64,000 bases of DNA from Vicugna vicugna (Eukaryota): positions 1,182,267 through 1,246,266 of the forward strand of contig MU058650.1 of assembly GCA_013265495.1 (NCBI GenBank). The letters are read 5' to 3'. The notes beneath the pieces were generated by a model. The model was not told the origin of the DNA and searched no databases. It saw only the letters and a program-made list of their open reading frames with translations. Within the stretch, counting starts at the first letter, position 1; each line of letters opens with the position of its first letter. Below, one piece after another: positions 1 through 13,800 of the stretch. The position numbers and the translations under genes are program-made.

Positions 1-446
1 AAAATAATATTGAATTTGTAGTATTTGTCCAAAGTGAGACAAGTAATATTTATGGAAGATTGATGAAAGGCCTATTCCTCTAGTTTATGCTAAGATCTAT
101 CCCAGGAAAGACCAAACCGGAAGAGAGCCGGATCTCAGCCTCTCATCATCTGGTCTTGCTGATTTAAGCTCAGACATGATGTCATTGGTCCACACTGAGG
201 GATATTTATATGAAACAGTCAAACTCACTGATCTCTCAGTTCCTTGGCCTCCTCATCTCCATTGACATTTTTAATCCACACCAGCACCTGAGGCCCTCAC
301 TTTCCAAAGTCACACCCTGGATGTCATAACCAGAAAGTACCACCTCCAAATTCACAAATCTAACATCTCAGCCTCTTTGCTGCCCACCCAGCTCCTTCAC
401 ACAAGTGGCACACTGCCACACTCTGCGTCTCATTAAGAACACCTAG

Positions 447-478
447 CCACTGCCACCACTGCCACCACTGCCACCACT
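447..478 (+). repeat. 9-bp minisatellite (CCACTGCCA) ~3.5 copies
   Basis: Seen directly in sequence. Confidence 0.85.
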
Positions 479-839
479 TTCAATCTATCAAGATTTTCTT
501 GTCTTCACTTTCTCCCTTATCCACCTTAGGCACCATAGCCTAGATGTATGATCACTCATGTAATTAAAAATCCAAGGGCATGTCTTGTTTTAGCTATAGC
601 TTGATGCTGGGGACAAGACAACGACAAAAGAACTGTATATTTTCTGAGTTTAAAAGCCTCTGCTTCCTCAAGGTTGATTCTGCTCCCAGGCAGGCCCTGC
701 TCCCATGATGGCAAGGAGGCTGCATTCACTAGCCTCAAAACTCCAAGTTCAACTGAAACAGAGATTCTCTTTATTAATAACTTTCACTAAAGTCCGGGGA
801 TTCACTAAGATTCCCTCAGAGGATGCACACTGCACCCCT

Positions 840-1100
840 CCCTCTTCTGGCTAGACTTTGGATATGATGGCTAGTGCTTAAGCAGCCATTTTGGAGGTGA
901 AAGGCAAAACGTGGAGTGTGGCAGTGCAGCAGTATAGACAGAGCCTGGGTCCTCACCTTTGCAAAGCTGCCCTGCTGGTCCTGGTCAACCCAACTATATA
1001 CTTCTTTGACGTGAAAGAGAAATAAATTTCCATCATAGTTATGCCACTGTTATTTTGTTAATTTTCTTTCATCTGTCACTCACAGCCTAATCCAATCCTC
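840..1100 (+). mobile_element. Old MLT1-type LTR fragment
   Basis: GCAGCCATTTTG...GAGCCTGGGTCC...AGAAATAAA...GCCACTGTTATTTTG. Confidence 0.55.
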
Positions 1101-1273
1101 ATCCATGCCAAGTGTATGGTGCTAAGATAGACCACGGCATTTGAAGGGCCACATATAGTATCATAATGTAAGAGCAAATATAAGGAAGTAGGAAGTGAAG
1201 GAAAATCCAACGGTGATCAAAACATCTATTTTATATTATCCTAATAAACTTAAACTTTGCTCTTTAAGCATTT

Positions 1274-1290
1274 GTGTGTGTGTGTGTGTG
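1274..1290 (+). repeat. (TG)n microsatellite
   Basis: tgtgtgtg run. Confidence 0.9.
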
Positions 1291-2326
1291 GTTGTATGTA
1301 TGTGTGTATACATACAGGGGGAATTTGAAATAGTTCAAGCTAGGCATAATATGATTTGATTATTCTATATGTTAGAAAAATTCTTCAAGTGATATGATGA
1401 ACATTTTAGAGGTGGGCAAGATCAGAGGAATTGAGTTTGTGGCAACTCTAGCAAGAGGTAAGGATCAAAATCAGGGCAACAACATTGGGGATGGCAAAGA
1501 GGAGAAAGATTTGAAAAATACATACAAGGCAGAATTGACCAGAATTTAGTCAACCTGAATGACTTCTGAAGCACTGGAGGCAAGTAGGCACTGTTACAAG
1601 ACCACAGCCAGCTGATGTTAGAGGTTCAACATGAGCCTTCCAGAGAGCTGACATGAAAAAAAGCAAATCGTTGTCGATTCCTCATTCACCTCTCACGTAT
1701 TCACCACTCACAAAAGTCACAAATGAATGTGCATTGGCGTGTACACGTGTTTAAATCACTGTTACATGTCAGTTATTATTTGGATCAATCCTTCCTCTTT
1801 TAACAAGCAAGATGTCTTCAATCTCCTGCCTCAGGTGTGCAAATGAACCGTAACTTTATCTTTCTACAACTCAACTTAGTCTTTATCTTGAGCCTTCATT
1901 CCACCTAATAACCTAATGTAGTTACTTAGGATTTTTTTCCCCAACCATTGCAGGTTTAAACTCTTGTCAATTCAGGATTTTTTTTCTCCCTCCACATGTT
2001 AATTCAGTTCACTTAAACTCCTAAATGTTTATATAAGCTCATAGTACTGGAAGTGGGGAGAGGAATTTGGTTAACTGAGAGACGACAAAAGTCTTCACTA
2101 ATGTAATGACTATAGTCTTATCTTTTAAGGACAGAGCCATATATAGAGGAAATTCTACCACTCAGATGCCCCTCACTGCAAATATAACAAAATAAAAATT
2201 AAAATAGTGCCTACACAAGTTAAGACATTATTACTATATTTTAAAGTGTGAATTGACTTCTGATTCACTTTGAATGGACTGTCTTATTCAGAAAAGAACC
2301 GTGAAGACACAAATGATACTTTTTTT

Positions 2327-2659
2327 CATTTTTTAGCTTTATTAGGTAGAATTGTTACAATTTGACTGCACATATACAATATATTGCATGTAAATACATA
2401 TATACAATATACTGCACATATTTTTAAATTTATAAATATGTATTGTTCATTGTTTCTAAGAACATTTAGAGCTTTATCTTTTTAAACTTACATAGTTATC
2501 AAAGGAATAAAGCCAACCACAAAATAAGAATCAACAGAATGCAGTAATCCAATCATAAAGGACAGTCAAATGTGCTTACACATATTCAAGAAATCAATCA
2601 TCTAAGCTATAAATAAGTAGTTCATTTGTGTCCTTTTTTAGATTCCACATATAAGTGAT
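2327..2659 (-). mobile_element. Retroposed insertion: L1 3'UTR start plus atypical tail
   Basis: L1 motif TTAGATTCCACATATAAGTGAT at right end; poly-T and TTTATT at left; TSD CAAATGATA(C/A)TTTTTT at 2310 and 2660. Confidence 0.7.
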
Positions 2660-3219
2660 CAAATGATAATTTTTTTAAGTATTGAGAATGGCATGAACAA
2701 ATATTCCAAGCTGACTTCTAATTGTATGCAATTATTTCTGTCCACATTATTCATATTCTGGAAAGACTATTAACTCAAACAGTCTCATTCGATAGTTAAA
2801 TGAGACTAGGTTACCAGTTCAAATCAGAACTTTGGTTCCAGTTCAATCCGTCCCTGATTGTGAGGCTCAGGATACAGAGGGTATTATAGATCTTAATCAC
2901 CTTATATGGACCATTCAATAGTCTATCTCATGACTTCCTAGTGAAACCACTGGGACAATATCCAGTTTGACATCAAATTTAATTGTTTATCAAATTAATC
3001 CTTGGTAGGAAAAGATTATGAAGCACTCAATTCATAAATACAAGATTGTAACTGATATCTCTCTGTGTCTACTCTTCATAACTAGAATTTTTTTCTTTAA
3101 TTCCCATCCAAAGTTTTCAATCTTCATGTCTGAAATCAAATATCATTTTCTATTTAAAGATCCATTATCAGTTATCCCGATTTTGTCTTTTAGAGGGAAC
3201 TTCATGGAAACCTTAAATT

Positions 3220-4210
3220 TATTAACAATTATTTATTGACTGTCTATTATATTCCAGATACTGTGCCAGGCACTGGGATATTGCTACGCATGAAACAAAC
3301 CAAGGAGGGGAGGATGTAGCTCAGTGTCAGAGCACATGCCTAGCATGCACAAGGTCCTGGGTTCAATCCCCAGCACCTCCATTAAATAAATAAACCTAAT
3401 TATCTACCCCCACCCCCATCCTCCAAAAAAACACTGAAAAGAAAAAAAAGATAAAAACAAAACAAAATTCCCACACTCACATTTACATTCTCTTTAGGGA
3501 GGGAGACAATAAACAAAATAAATAATTCCATATTATGTTACACAGTCGTAAGTGCTACGGAGAAAAATAAAACAGAGCAAAGGAGTGGGGTAGTTTCACA
3601 TATAGAGGGAAGGAAAATTTCATGGAGATATTTTAGTGAAAATTGAATGAGGTGAGGGAGCAAGCCATGCAAAGACAAAGGGGAAGAGCTGTTCAAGACA
3701 GAATAGCAAGTGCAAAGGCCCTGAGGTGGGCAGCCTGCTTTGCATGTTTGAGAAATACCAAGGGAGCCAGGATGTTTGTTGTAGAAGCATAAAAAGAAGG
3801 TAGAAGATGAGAGCCAAGAGGTAAGGAACGATCAAGGACTTTGACTTTTGCTGTGAGATAAAAAGCCATTAGAGGTGCTTCAGCAAAGAAGTAACATGAT
3901 GAGACAAATTTTTACAAGATCATTCCAGGCGCTAGGTTGAAAGTAGCAATAGTAATAGCAGGGCAAGGCCTAGGTAAAGACTATTACAATAATCCAGACT
4001 AGAGATGATGGTAGCTTGAATCCTAGTTGGCAGAGGTGGAGGTAGTGAGAAATGGTTAGAATCTGGGTAGATTTTGAATGTACAGCCTTACAGAATTTGC
4101 CGGTGGAATACTTATGGGGAAATAAGAAAGAGAGGAATCAGGCTGAGATTTTTTACCTGAGCAACTAAAAGAATGATGCTTCCATTGACTTAGGTGGTGA
4201 AGACTCAAAG
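3220..4210. mobile_element. L2 fragment (interrupted by SINE)
   Basis: ATTTATTGA...TGTGCCAGGCACTG; GCAAGTGCAAAGGCCCTGAGG; AATCCAG...GAGATGATGGT...TGAGCAACT typical of L2. Confidence 0.7.
3307..3465 (+). mobile_element. tRNA-Ala-derived SINE (camelid Vic-1-like)
   Basis: GGGGAGGATGTAGCTCAG (A-box) ... GGGTTCAATCCCCAGCACCTCC (B-box), AAACCTAATTA, C-run and A-rich tail; inserted in an L2. Confidence 0.88.
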
Positions 4211-4431
4211 AGGAGGAAAATTTTTTGCTTTTGTTTTCTTACTTGTAAATCACAGTTTCCCTATATAGGTTTAACGTAGCGAACACAAAGATCACATGGA
4301 GAATTTCTGAGCATTTTAGGAGAATCTCAAAGCCAGAAGATGCATTAAAGATTATCTAGCTCTTTTGAACTTTTTACTTTGAACTGAACGAAATAAATTT
4401 TACATGTTGACCCAGCAGACACCAGTATGAA

Positions 4432-4454
4432 CACACACACACACACACACACAC
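4432..4454 (+). repeat. (AC)n microsatellite
   Basis: acacacac run. Confidence 0.9.
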
Positions 4455-6132
4455 GAACATAGACACTCTCATGCATACACACATGTCACTGAAAGAAAAT
4501 TTGCATGAAACAAACATCCTTATTATGTATGATGTACTTGGGTGTTTTGTTTTGTTTTGAATTTTGATAGTTTCCCCACCAAACTGATTTTACAACTCCT
4601 AGTTTGAAGAACACTGATGTTGCTTAACACCTTTAGGGGCCAGTTGAGGAAACAAAGACCCAGAGAGAGTAAGTGGTTTATAAAAAGTCCCCCAAACTTA
4701 GTGGCAATGCTGGGACCAGAGCACAGGTCCCTTGACTTCTGGTTGATAAACAACAAACAGAGGCTAGATATCCTTTCTATCCCTTCCCATATTTTCTCTT
4801 TCTTTTAAAAAATATATTAAAGCAGCATGACCTCAGTAGCAGTTTAAGTATCTTTCTTAAATTACATGTGCCCTACCTCCCTGCCTTATCTTCTAAGATT
4901 AAACTTCTACAAACACAAACACAACATGATGGTTTTTTATCAAAGTATTAAATTATTTGTGCGCAGCTTGCATAATTCAAGTGTACTTGAAATTAAGGTT
5001 ATTCATGGATTGGTCAAAGGCAAATTTTAGTAGTCATAAAATTAATCAATTTTAGTTCATCATGAAACTCATCACATGTGCACACTGCACATGTATAGAA
5101 GTTCCGGTTCATGAAAACTATGGTTGACAGTTCACTTCCACTCAGTGAGGATCTGTACAGCACCCCTATGTGCTAGTACCACTATGTGCTCATTGTATGT
5201 GTGCTGGGGAACTAACAAAGAATGACTAAATCCCTCTGTCTTACAATCTAGCAAGAGATAGTCAGACCAATAGCCAAAATTCAATGAGATATTTTACAGA
5301 AGATACAAGAGATGTCATCCAAGTACAGAGTACACTTTGCATAACAGCTTTAGGATCACAGATCAGGGAGAAACTGATTCTCCGTGGGGGTGTAGATGGT
5401 TTAGAAAGACTACAAAGGGAAGGTTATATTTGTTCTGGGCCTTGGAAGGTGAATACAAATTCATTGACCAGATTTTCATGTGGTGAAAAAGGTAAAAAGA
5501 GAGGAGATAATAGCATGAAAAAAAAAAAAAACAGTATAGCATGAATAGCGTGTCATGTAGAAGAATTACTGACCGGATTATGGGTGCCACATTATGATTG
5601 GTCATCCATGACATGATTAGGTATTTAGAGTTCATCCAAGGGTGAATGAGTCATCAAAAGTGTTTAATAAAGTAATTTTGGAAGCACTGTAGAAACAAAA
5701 CAGGAGTCTGCTATCAGTCGAATTGTATGCCTCCAAAAAGGTAAGTTTTGAAGTCCTAACTTCCAGTACTTTATAATGTGCCTTATTTGAGAATAGTCTT
5801 TGCAGACGATCTAATTGAGGGGAGGTCATTCAGGTGAGCCTTAATTCAATATGACTGGTGTCCTTATGAAAAGGGGGAAATCTGGACACAGACATGTACA
5901 GCTGGAAGACAATATGAAGAGACACAGGAAAAATGCCTTACAAAGGTGGACAACTGGAATAATATGTCTACGGTCCACGTAATGCCAAAGATTGCCAGTG
6001 AACCACAAGCTAGGAAGAAGGCATGGAACATGTTCTTCCTCACAGCCCTCAGAAGGAACCAACCCTGCTGATACCTTGATTTTTTGGACTTCTAGCCTCC
6101 AGAACTCTGGGCCAATAAATTTCTGTTATTTT

Positions 6133-6206
6133 TTTAAATTTTATTTTTTATTGAAGGGTAGTTGATTTACAATGTTAGTTTCAGATGTACAGCACAGCAA
6201 TTCAGT

Positions 6207-6244
<38 letters not shown>

Positions 6245-6528
6245 TTTTCATTCTTTTCCATTATAGCTTATTACAAGAAATTTAATAGAGTTCCCTGTGC
6301 TGTTTATCTATTTTGTATATAGAAATGGGTATCTGTTAATCCCAAACTCCAATTTATCTCTCCCCACTCTTTCTCCCATCGTTTGTTTTCTATGTCTATG
6401 AGTCTGTTTTTGGTTTGTAAACAAAATTTGTATCGTATTTTAGATTCCACATACAAGTGATATCATATTGTATTTGCCTTTCTCTGTCTGACTTACTTCA
6501 CTTAACATGATAATCTCTAGGTCCATTC
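6133..6528 (-). mobile_element. L1 3'UTR fragment inserted into an MLT1 LTR
   Basis: Typical ungulate L1 3' end; degenerate TSD ATAAATTT(CT/GC)GTTATTTT at 6115 and 6529. Confidence 0.85.
6207..6234 (+). repeat. (TA)n microsatellite within an L1 3'UTR
   Basis: tatatata run. Confidence 0.9.
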
Positions 6529-6629
6529 ATAAATTTGCGTTATTTTAAGTCACTCCTTTTGTGGCACTTTTTTTTACAGCAGCCCTAGGAAACTAATACA
6601 GAGCAGCGTAGTCTAAAATGATAAGAGAA

Positions 6630-6789
6630 TGGTGGGCAGCGGGGTGGGGAGGGGTGTATAGCTCAGTGGCAGTGTGTGCTTATCACTCATGAGGTCCTGG
6701 GTTCAATCCCCCATACCTCCACTTAAAACAAATAAATGAATCTACCCTCCCCCCCAAAAAAATTAATTTAAAAACAAGAAATGATAAAG
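6630..6789 (+). mobile_element. Vic-1-like SINE
   Basis: Same head and tail; TSD TGATAAGAGAA at 6619-6629 and 6790-6800. Confidence 0.88.
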
Positions 6790-9209
6790 TGATAAGAGAA
6801 CGAACAAAAATAGTGATAGTGGGAAGTTCAAAAATGTCATAAATGCACAAGATATTGCTAAAGTAAAAAGCAACAAGATTTAATGATTGGAAGAATATGC
6901 CAAGGAGGGATGAAGTCTAAGGTGAACAAAGATTTTATTCGATCTTAATCAACTTGAATGTAGTGGCTCAAGTTCCTTAGTGTCCTCATTAGATCTCTCC
7001 CGAGGTCAAGGACCTTGTAAAAAGCCCCATGCCTTTTCCTCTGGCTGGTGGTGTCTAGCCTAGCTGTTCTGCTGATTTCTCATTCAGACCTTTCTCTGGG
7101 CTGGATCCCCCAGTTTCCATTCTGTTGGCTTATAGCTGTATCTGCTCCTTCCACCCAGTTCTTTTAAGAGGCTTCAGTTGACCTGTCTAAGTTCCTTTCC
7201 ATTTTAGTTTTGCCCTGGATGCTATTAGGTTATCATTAGCTTTACATTCTGCCACTTCTAGCCCAGTTCCATCCCTCCCGAATACACAGCACAAACCGCT
7301 AGCCTCCAGATTCAGCACCACAAGCTTTCACTTGTCTAGGGAGCTAGAACAGATACTAACACCACTGACCAAACTGTAAAACATAGGAAACGAAAACATG
7401 GCAAGAAAGCCACTGAATTGACCATTGGACATTACAGAGAATATATTTTTGACATGAAGGAAATTCATTGACCCCTCCTTTCTCCAGGGCTGCTAATAGT
7501 CCACATACCACCTCCAAAGGCATTGGTCTGCCTCATGCTCCTGTTTCCTTGACCATATCTCTTTGATAGGAACACCTCTGAACTGGGCCAACTAGATTGT
7601 CTCTACAGAAAAAATGGAAATCGGTTTCCATAAGTGTCTAGATCTAACTTAGAAACTGCAGCAAGTATAATCTTCCATATGGACTAAACAGAGAAAGCTG
7701 GATTGCAGAGAGGTAAGAAAATTAAGCAGATGTTAGAAGAAAGTGAATGTGACAGATACAGAGACCCATGCTGCCTGGGTCCCTTAGAGCATTCCCTTTC
7801 CTGGTTCCAGCAGTTTTCTGAAACCGGCTGCACTCCTGCCTGTGGATTCTGTAAAAATACCTCTGTATCCTTATGTTAAGTGCACTAACCTTTTTATATC
7901 ACCCTAACTAAAGTTTTTCTCGAAGAATCCTAACACAGATGTATCAAGTCTGAAATGTGTATTTAACATCTGAGAGAAGAGATAATTGGAAACATGAGTC
8001 TGAATATAAAGCAGAGGTTTGCGGAGGGGTGGACATATGATTTGGGTAAGGGGGAAACTGAAGTCACCGGAGTAGATGATGTTACAAGAAACAGCTCAAA
8101 GTGAAGGGAAAGAGGGGGAGAGGGCGAAAAAAGGAAAGATGGATCTGTTAAGAATTTTAATATACAAGATATGGATCACAGAAAGGAATCAGTGAAGGTG
8201 GTTAAAAAGAACAGGAAACTAGGAGAGAATGCATTCACAGAAACCAAGAAATAAGATTATTTAGATTCTACTTATAGAAAATACAGTCACCAGTGTTTTA
8301 AACAAATACTGATTTATTTATCCCAAACAACAAGATGTCTAGAGATGGTACCACTGATCAACAGGTCCATCTGGGACCCGGTCTCTTCCTCTCACTTCTA
8401 CCACCATTTTTAGCATCCAGCCTTCACCTTTATGGTCACAAGATGGCTGTTACACCTTCCAGGTAGGAAGGAAAAGGAAAGGAGACAGGGTGATGGGCAT
8501 TAGTGGTGCCAGCCCCCATCAGAAAAATAAAGGCCTTACTAGAAGCACCACTTACGTCTCATTGATCAGAACTCTGTCACTTGGCCATCCCTAACTGGAG
8601 GAGGACTAGCAGAAAGACTGTGGTTAACAGTTGGGTCAGCCAGTCAGTTTAGCAACAGAGTATAATCAACAAAAGCTATTGTGAGGTCAAGAAGAATAAA
8701 TAAAGATGAATGATGGGGTGGGGAGGGGTAGATCTGGCAGTTAGAAGGCCCCTGGCAACCTTATCAAAAGAAGTTTTCAGGGGCATATTAGACATGGAGA
8801 GGGATGAAGGCAAACTGGTGGGTGAAAAATGAGAATATGTCGTTCTTTTTTTAATGTTTGAGAAGGAGAATAATGGAGAAAGCAAAAATCGAAAGGAGAG
8901 GGCATCATGGAAAGATCTTCTGCTTGGTTTCAGGATCGTGGATACCTGAATATGTCTATTGGCTGAACAGTATAAACAATTGGAAAGGGAGAGATTTGAG
9001 GTATAAATGGTACAAACTAAAGATCAACTGTTGGAAAGAAATGTTTTAAAAAGATGGGTGGCAGCGTATTAAGCACATCCTTGAAAACAGTACTTCTTCC
9101 TCCAAAACAAGAAAGGAAGTAAGGATGAGTAACAAAAAGTTTAAGTTTGGATGTGGGCATGAAAAAAAGTGGAATTGTTAAAATTCTATTTTGGCAAAAA
9201 ACACACTTT

Positions 9210-9460
9210 TTAAATTTTTATTTGTTTAATTGAAGCATAGTTGATTTACAATGTTTCAGATGTACAGCAAAGTGATTCTGTTATACACGCATATCGATTC
9301 TTTTTCAGGTTTTTTTCCTTCATAGATTATTGTAAGATATTGAATATAGTTCCCCTTTCTATACAGTAGATCCTTGTTTACCTGTTTTATATATAGTAGT
9401 ATGTGTATCTGTTAATCACAAATTCCAAATTTATTGCTCCCCCTTTGGTAACCATAAGTT
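9210..9460 (-). mobile_element. Short L1 3' end
   Basis: Homologous to 6133-6400; TSD AAAAACACACTTT (9197-9209 and 9461-9473). Confidence 0.85.
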
Positions 9461-10049
9461 AAAAACACACTTTAAAGCTGTTTAAGTTTTAAAAGATAAA
9501 TCTTGAATTCACTTATTAACCAGTTTGAAGGAAGGCATGGGAAAGTAGTACGATCTCACCAGAATTCAGGTGTGCTTTGTTTATTTAGGTCCTCGACCAG
9601 ACATAAGCTAAGAAGGGACCACTTAAGGATTTTTTCCGACATACAGAGCAGACACCGAGAAGAATGGGAGGGTTTTTTTAATGAATATATGAATATTTTA
9701 TTTTTTTCTCTTCTCCTTTCCTTAGCTGAAGGGCCCTAAAGAGTATGGAGTTGATTCTTGGTATTTTTCTCCCTCTTCTGCAGTGAGAAAGAGATGGTGG
9801 TGGCAGGAGCAATGGCCAAAGCCCTTCCTAGGGGCACCCAGAACTTGCTCTGAAAATTTCTTTCTTTTCTGGTCTCAGCTCCACCTTAGAACGCCTCGGA
9901 GGTGGCAATCCACAAGGCTAGAGAGCAGAAAGCCGCAAATGCAAAGCTCATAAATTTGCAAGGTAACTGTGGTCACAGAGCTGGTCAAATCGATAAAAGA
10001 GGAAACTACAGTGGTGACCCAGGGGACGCCACCCCCATTTCCAAAATCA

Positions 10050-10870
<821 letters not shown>

Positions 10871-13800
10871 GAAAGTGCAAACACTCCATTCTCGCTTCCC
10901 CTTTGCCCCTCCTCTTCCAGGGACGACTTCCTCCTCCGCAATTTCTCACTTCTTTCTTTGGCGCCCATTTCCTGCGCTCCCTTAGCGTGTTACCTTTCCC
11001 GCCTGAACCCAGAGCCCCCTCACCAGCCCCACTCTCTCCGCCCCTGCTGGTGTTTTTATCCCCAACTCTAAGGCTCTCCTGATGCTTTCTCCCCAAACTC
11101 AGGGTCCCTCGCTGCGCACACCCTGACCCGGCCACCCTCCCCCAAGTTCCCCTTTCCATCCCCTGACCCAGCGGCTTTCCATCTCTGCTGCTCTGGAGAA
11201 CAGCAGCCAAGGGCCCCCAGATTCACGATTGATCCCTTTAGCTTCACAGCAAGCAGTGCTCCAGCCCAGATTACTGCATGAGCTCACTGGGCATGGTTCA
11301 CAGGGAGATGAATGCGGTAATGGTTTGAACACCTCACAGCACCGAATGTGGTCATCAGAAATACTGGGCCGGGACCCGTGGGAACGTACATTGTGCAGCA
11401 ACCGGATGTAACATCAGGGGCAGAGGCACAGCTGAGGAGTTTTTTGTTTTGTTTTTTAAGGGTTGAGTTGTCTTTAGAAGTTTGTCATCATTGGGGCTTT
11501 GGTGGAGAAAAGAGATATACATACTGAGATTTGTTAGGAACTTTTCCTTTATTTTATTTATAATTGGTTATCAACGTGGTGCTAATAGATCTCAGGGTGC
11601 TAATAGATCAGAAAATACATTTCTAAATAGAGAAGGAGGGACCCAAATGAATAGTCTCAGTCTAAATTCTCATTGAAACACTGAAGGATTTCACAAAGGC
11701 AACATGTAAATTAAAACTAAATGTAAATTCTGTGCATTTCCCAGATACTTAAGATTGAAACAGTTATGAAACACATTTTAAATTTCTAGAATTCAAGGAC
11801 TTTTTTTTTTTTTTTTTGAGGAAGGTAGGGCCTCTAGGGTAGAGTCTGGGGTTTTTCAAAGATTGCTTTATCATTTGGAACTCATTACAGCAAGCATTAT
11901 GTAGTCTTCAGCAAGAACTCTGCTTGTGAGAGAGAGTAGTCCATGAGGGGACTTCCCAAACATGGCTTCCCCTTACACGAGCCAGCATCCGTTCTGAGTG
12001 AGAGCAGCCTGCCTCTGTGAGAATGTTCCAACATTGAAAGTTTTGGCTTCCCTTCCCAGCTATGACACTGATTCACAGAGATAAGTGACTCCTTAGCTTG
12101 CTTATACTTCAGTATTCCCATTTGTGAAGTGGAAAGATGGTAAGACCAGCCTTTCAGAGAGATGTTAAAGGTTAGTGGTTTGAATTGTACAAGAATCCAT
12201 GAAGAAGTTTTTTTCAAGATGCCTCCTTTAAAATAATTTTTCAAACTTCTGATTCCTCCTCTGTAAAATGGAGTCATCATAATCTCTAAGATTCGTGACA
12301 ATTTTACCATTCTGAGTTGATTACAAATTCCTTCCCGTGTGATCTCAGTCAGAGGTGAACTTTAAGATATTTCATGGTCAGAAAAAAGTGTTTACTAATT
12401 GCTCTTGCTCTATCCTCTAAAGTGAATATAATAAAAACATGTTCCTTATACCTTAAACTTCTAGCAGCTACTATCATTTGCAGCTACAAGAAACAAATCT
12501 TGTGTCTAAAATTCTTTCCTTAAAAGTAGCTCTTAAACAAATTGACAGGAAAGTAAGGGATGATTAATTTGTTAGATTTTTTAGAGACCTTTCTGCTAAA
12601 TACATCACTATTTTTATTGCCTTTAAGAAGAAAATAAATAGTAATTCATTTTATATACATTATTAAAACCAGACAGTAACTCTCTCATAATAATGCAAGG
12701 ACATTCAGGGAATGTTTACTGACAATGAGTCATACTTTATTTTGTTTGGCTCTTTACCAAAGATGTATTCCTAAAGACATAGAGATTTCAGTAGCTATAC
12801 TTGCTTTTCTCTCATTTAACAGAATGTTTCTCCATAAAATTGCATTTTAAACAATTATTGTTAAATCATTCTGTACCTTCCTCTATGAAAATGTAAATAC
12901 TTATTTTGAATAAGCACATTGATTTCATAAGAAGGTGCTATGTAGTTCATGAATATATAGTCCTGTCATTGGTTATAATCATACCATTAGGAATTTGTGG
13001 GAAATAGTCTATTTGGAGGTTTATTGGTGGTTAGATATAAACTAACAAAAAGGAGCCTACTTTAGACAGCTTGGGGTATAGCCTGAAAGCATAAACAAAT
13101 ATGTTACAGAACAGCAAAATAGTAAGCTGATAATTATGACCATAAATAACCTTAGATTTTTCCTTCACCCACCTTCATTGAGGTATAATTGACAAATAAA
13201 GCTTTGGTTTTCAATGTTCTGATTAATATATGCTAGTAGTCAGTAACCTCTTGCAAAAAATAAAACGGAACAAAATCAAAGGGTTAGAAAAATAATGAAT
13301 ATGTGAGCATCTATAAATTGTAACATAGCACTGGATTGTTAAGTTCTATTATTAACTCTGTGTTTTACTCAGGATGAATGTTAAATTGCTGTATTAAGGA
13401 TACTTAAAATTACAGTGCCTTCATTAATGAGTTGATTTCTCTCTTGTGTAACAGTCTCAAGGTAAGTGGTCCAAGTTGTCGGAGTGGCCCGCTCCAGGCC
13501 ATCGTTCAGGTACCTTCCCTCCTGCTTTCCTGCCATCCCTAGGACATTATCCTCATCTGTGTGGGCCAAGCTGGGTTTCAGGCACACTATGCGCCAGCTC
13601 AGGGTGGGGGGAAGAAAAGATCTAAACAAGCGATGTTTCTTTAAAGCAAGTGAAGTCAATGTGGTACAGATCACCTAAGCTCTCAGTTCACTGAGGAGAA
13701 ATTAGTTACAAGGCCACACTTGAATGGGGCTACCACGTGCCCAGGAAGAAGAAAAGAGGGGTTTGAGGGCATTGAGGGGAAGCCAGCAGGCACCACTGTT

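Larger units (their letters stand above)
5709..6600 (+). mobile_element. MaLR MLT1-type solo LTR (interrupted by L1)
   Basis: TG...CA termini; GAAGGAACCAACCCTGCTGATACCTTGAT...AATAAATTTCTGTT...AACTAATACA. Confidence 0.8.

Noticed and set aside
3307..3381. tRNA-Ala(AGC)-like gene (also at 19415, 19714, 47923, 53004 etc.)
   Set aside because: Stem mismatches, shared non-tRNA tail, A-rich ends and TSDs show these are SINE heads, not tRNA genes.
11578..11609. 14-bp direct repeat GGTGCTAATAGATC x2
   Set aside because: Small slippage duplication with a 4-bp spacer; not an array.
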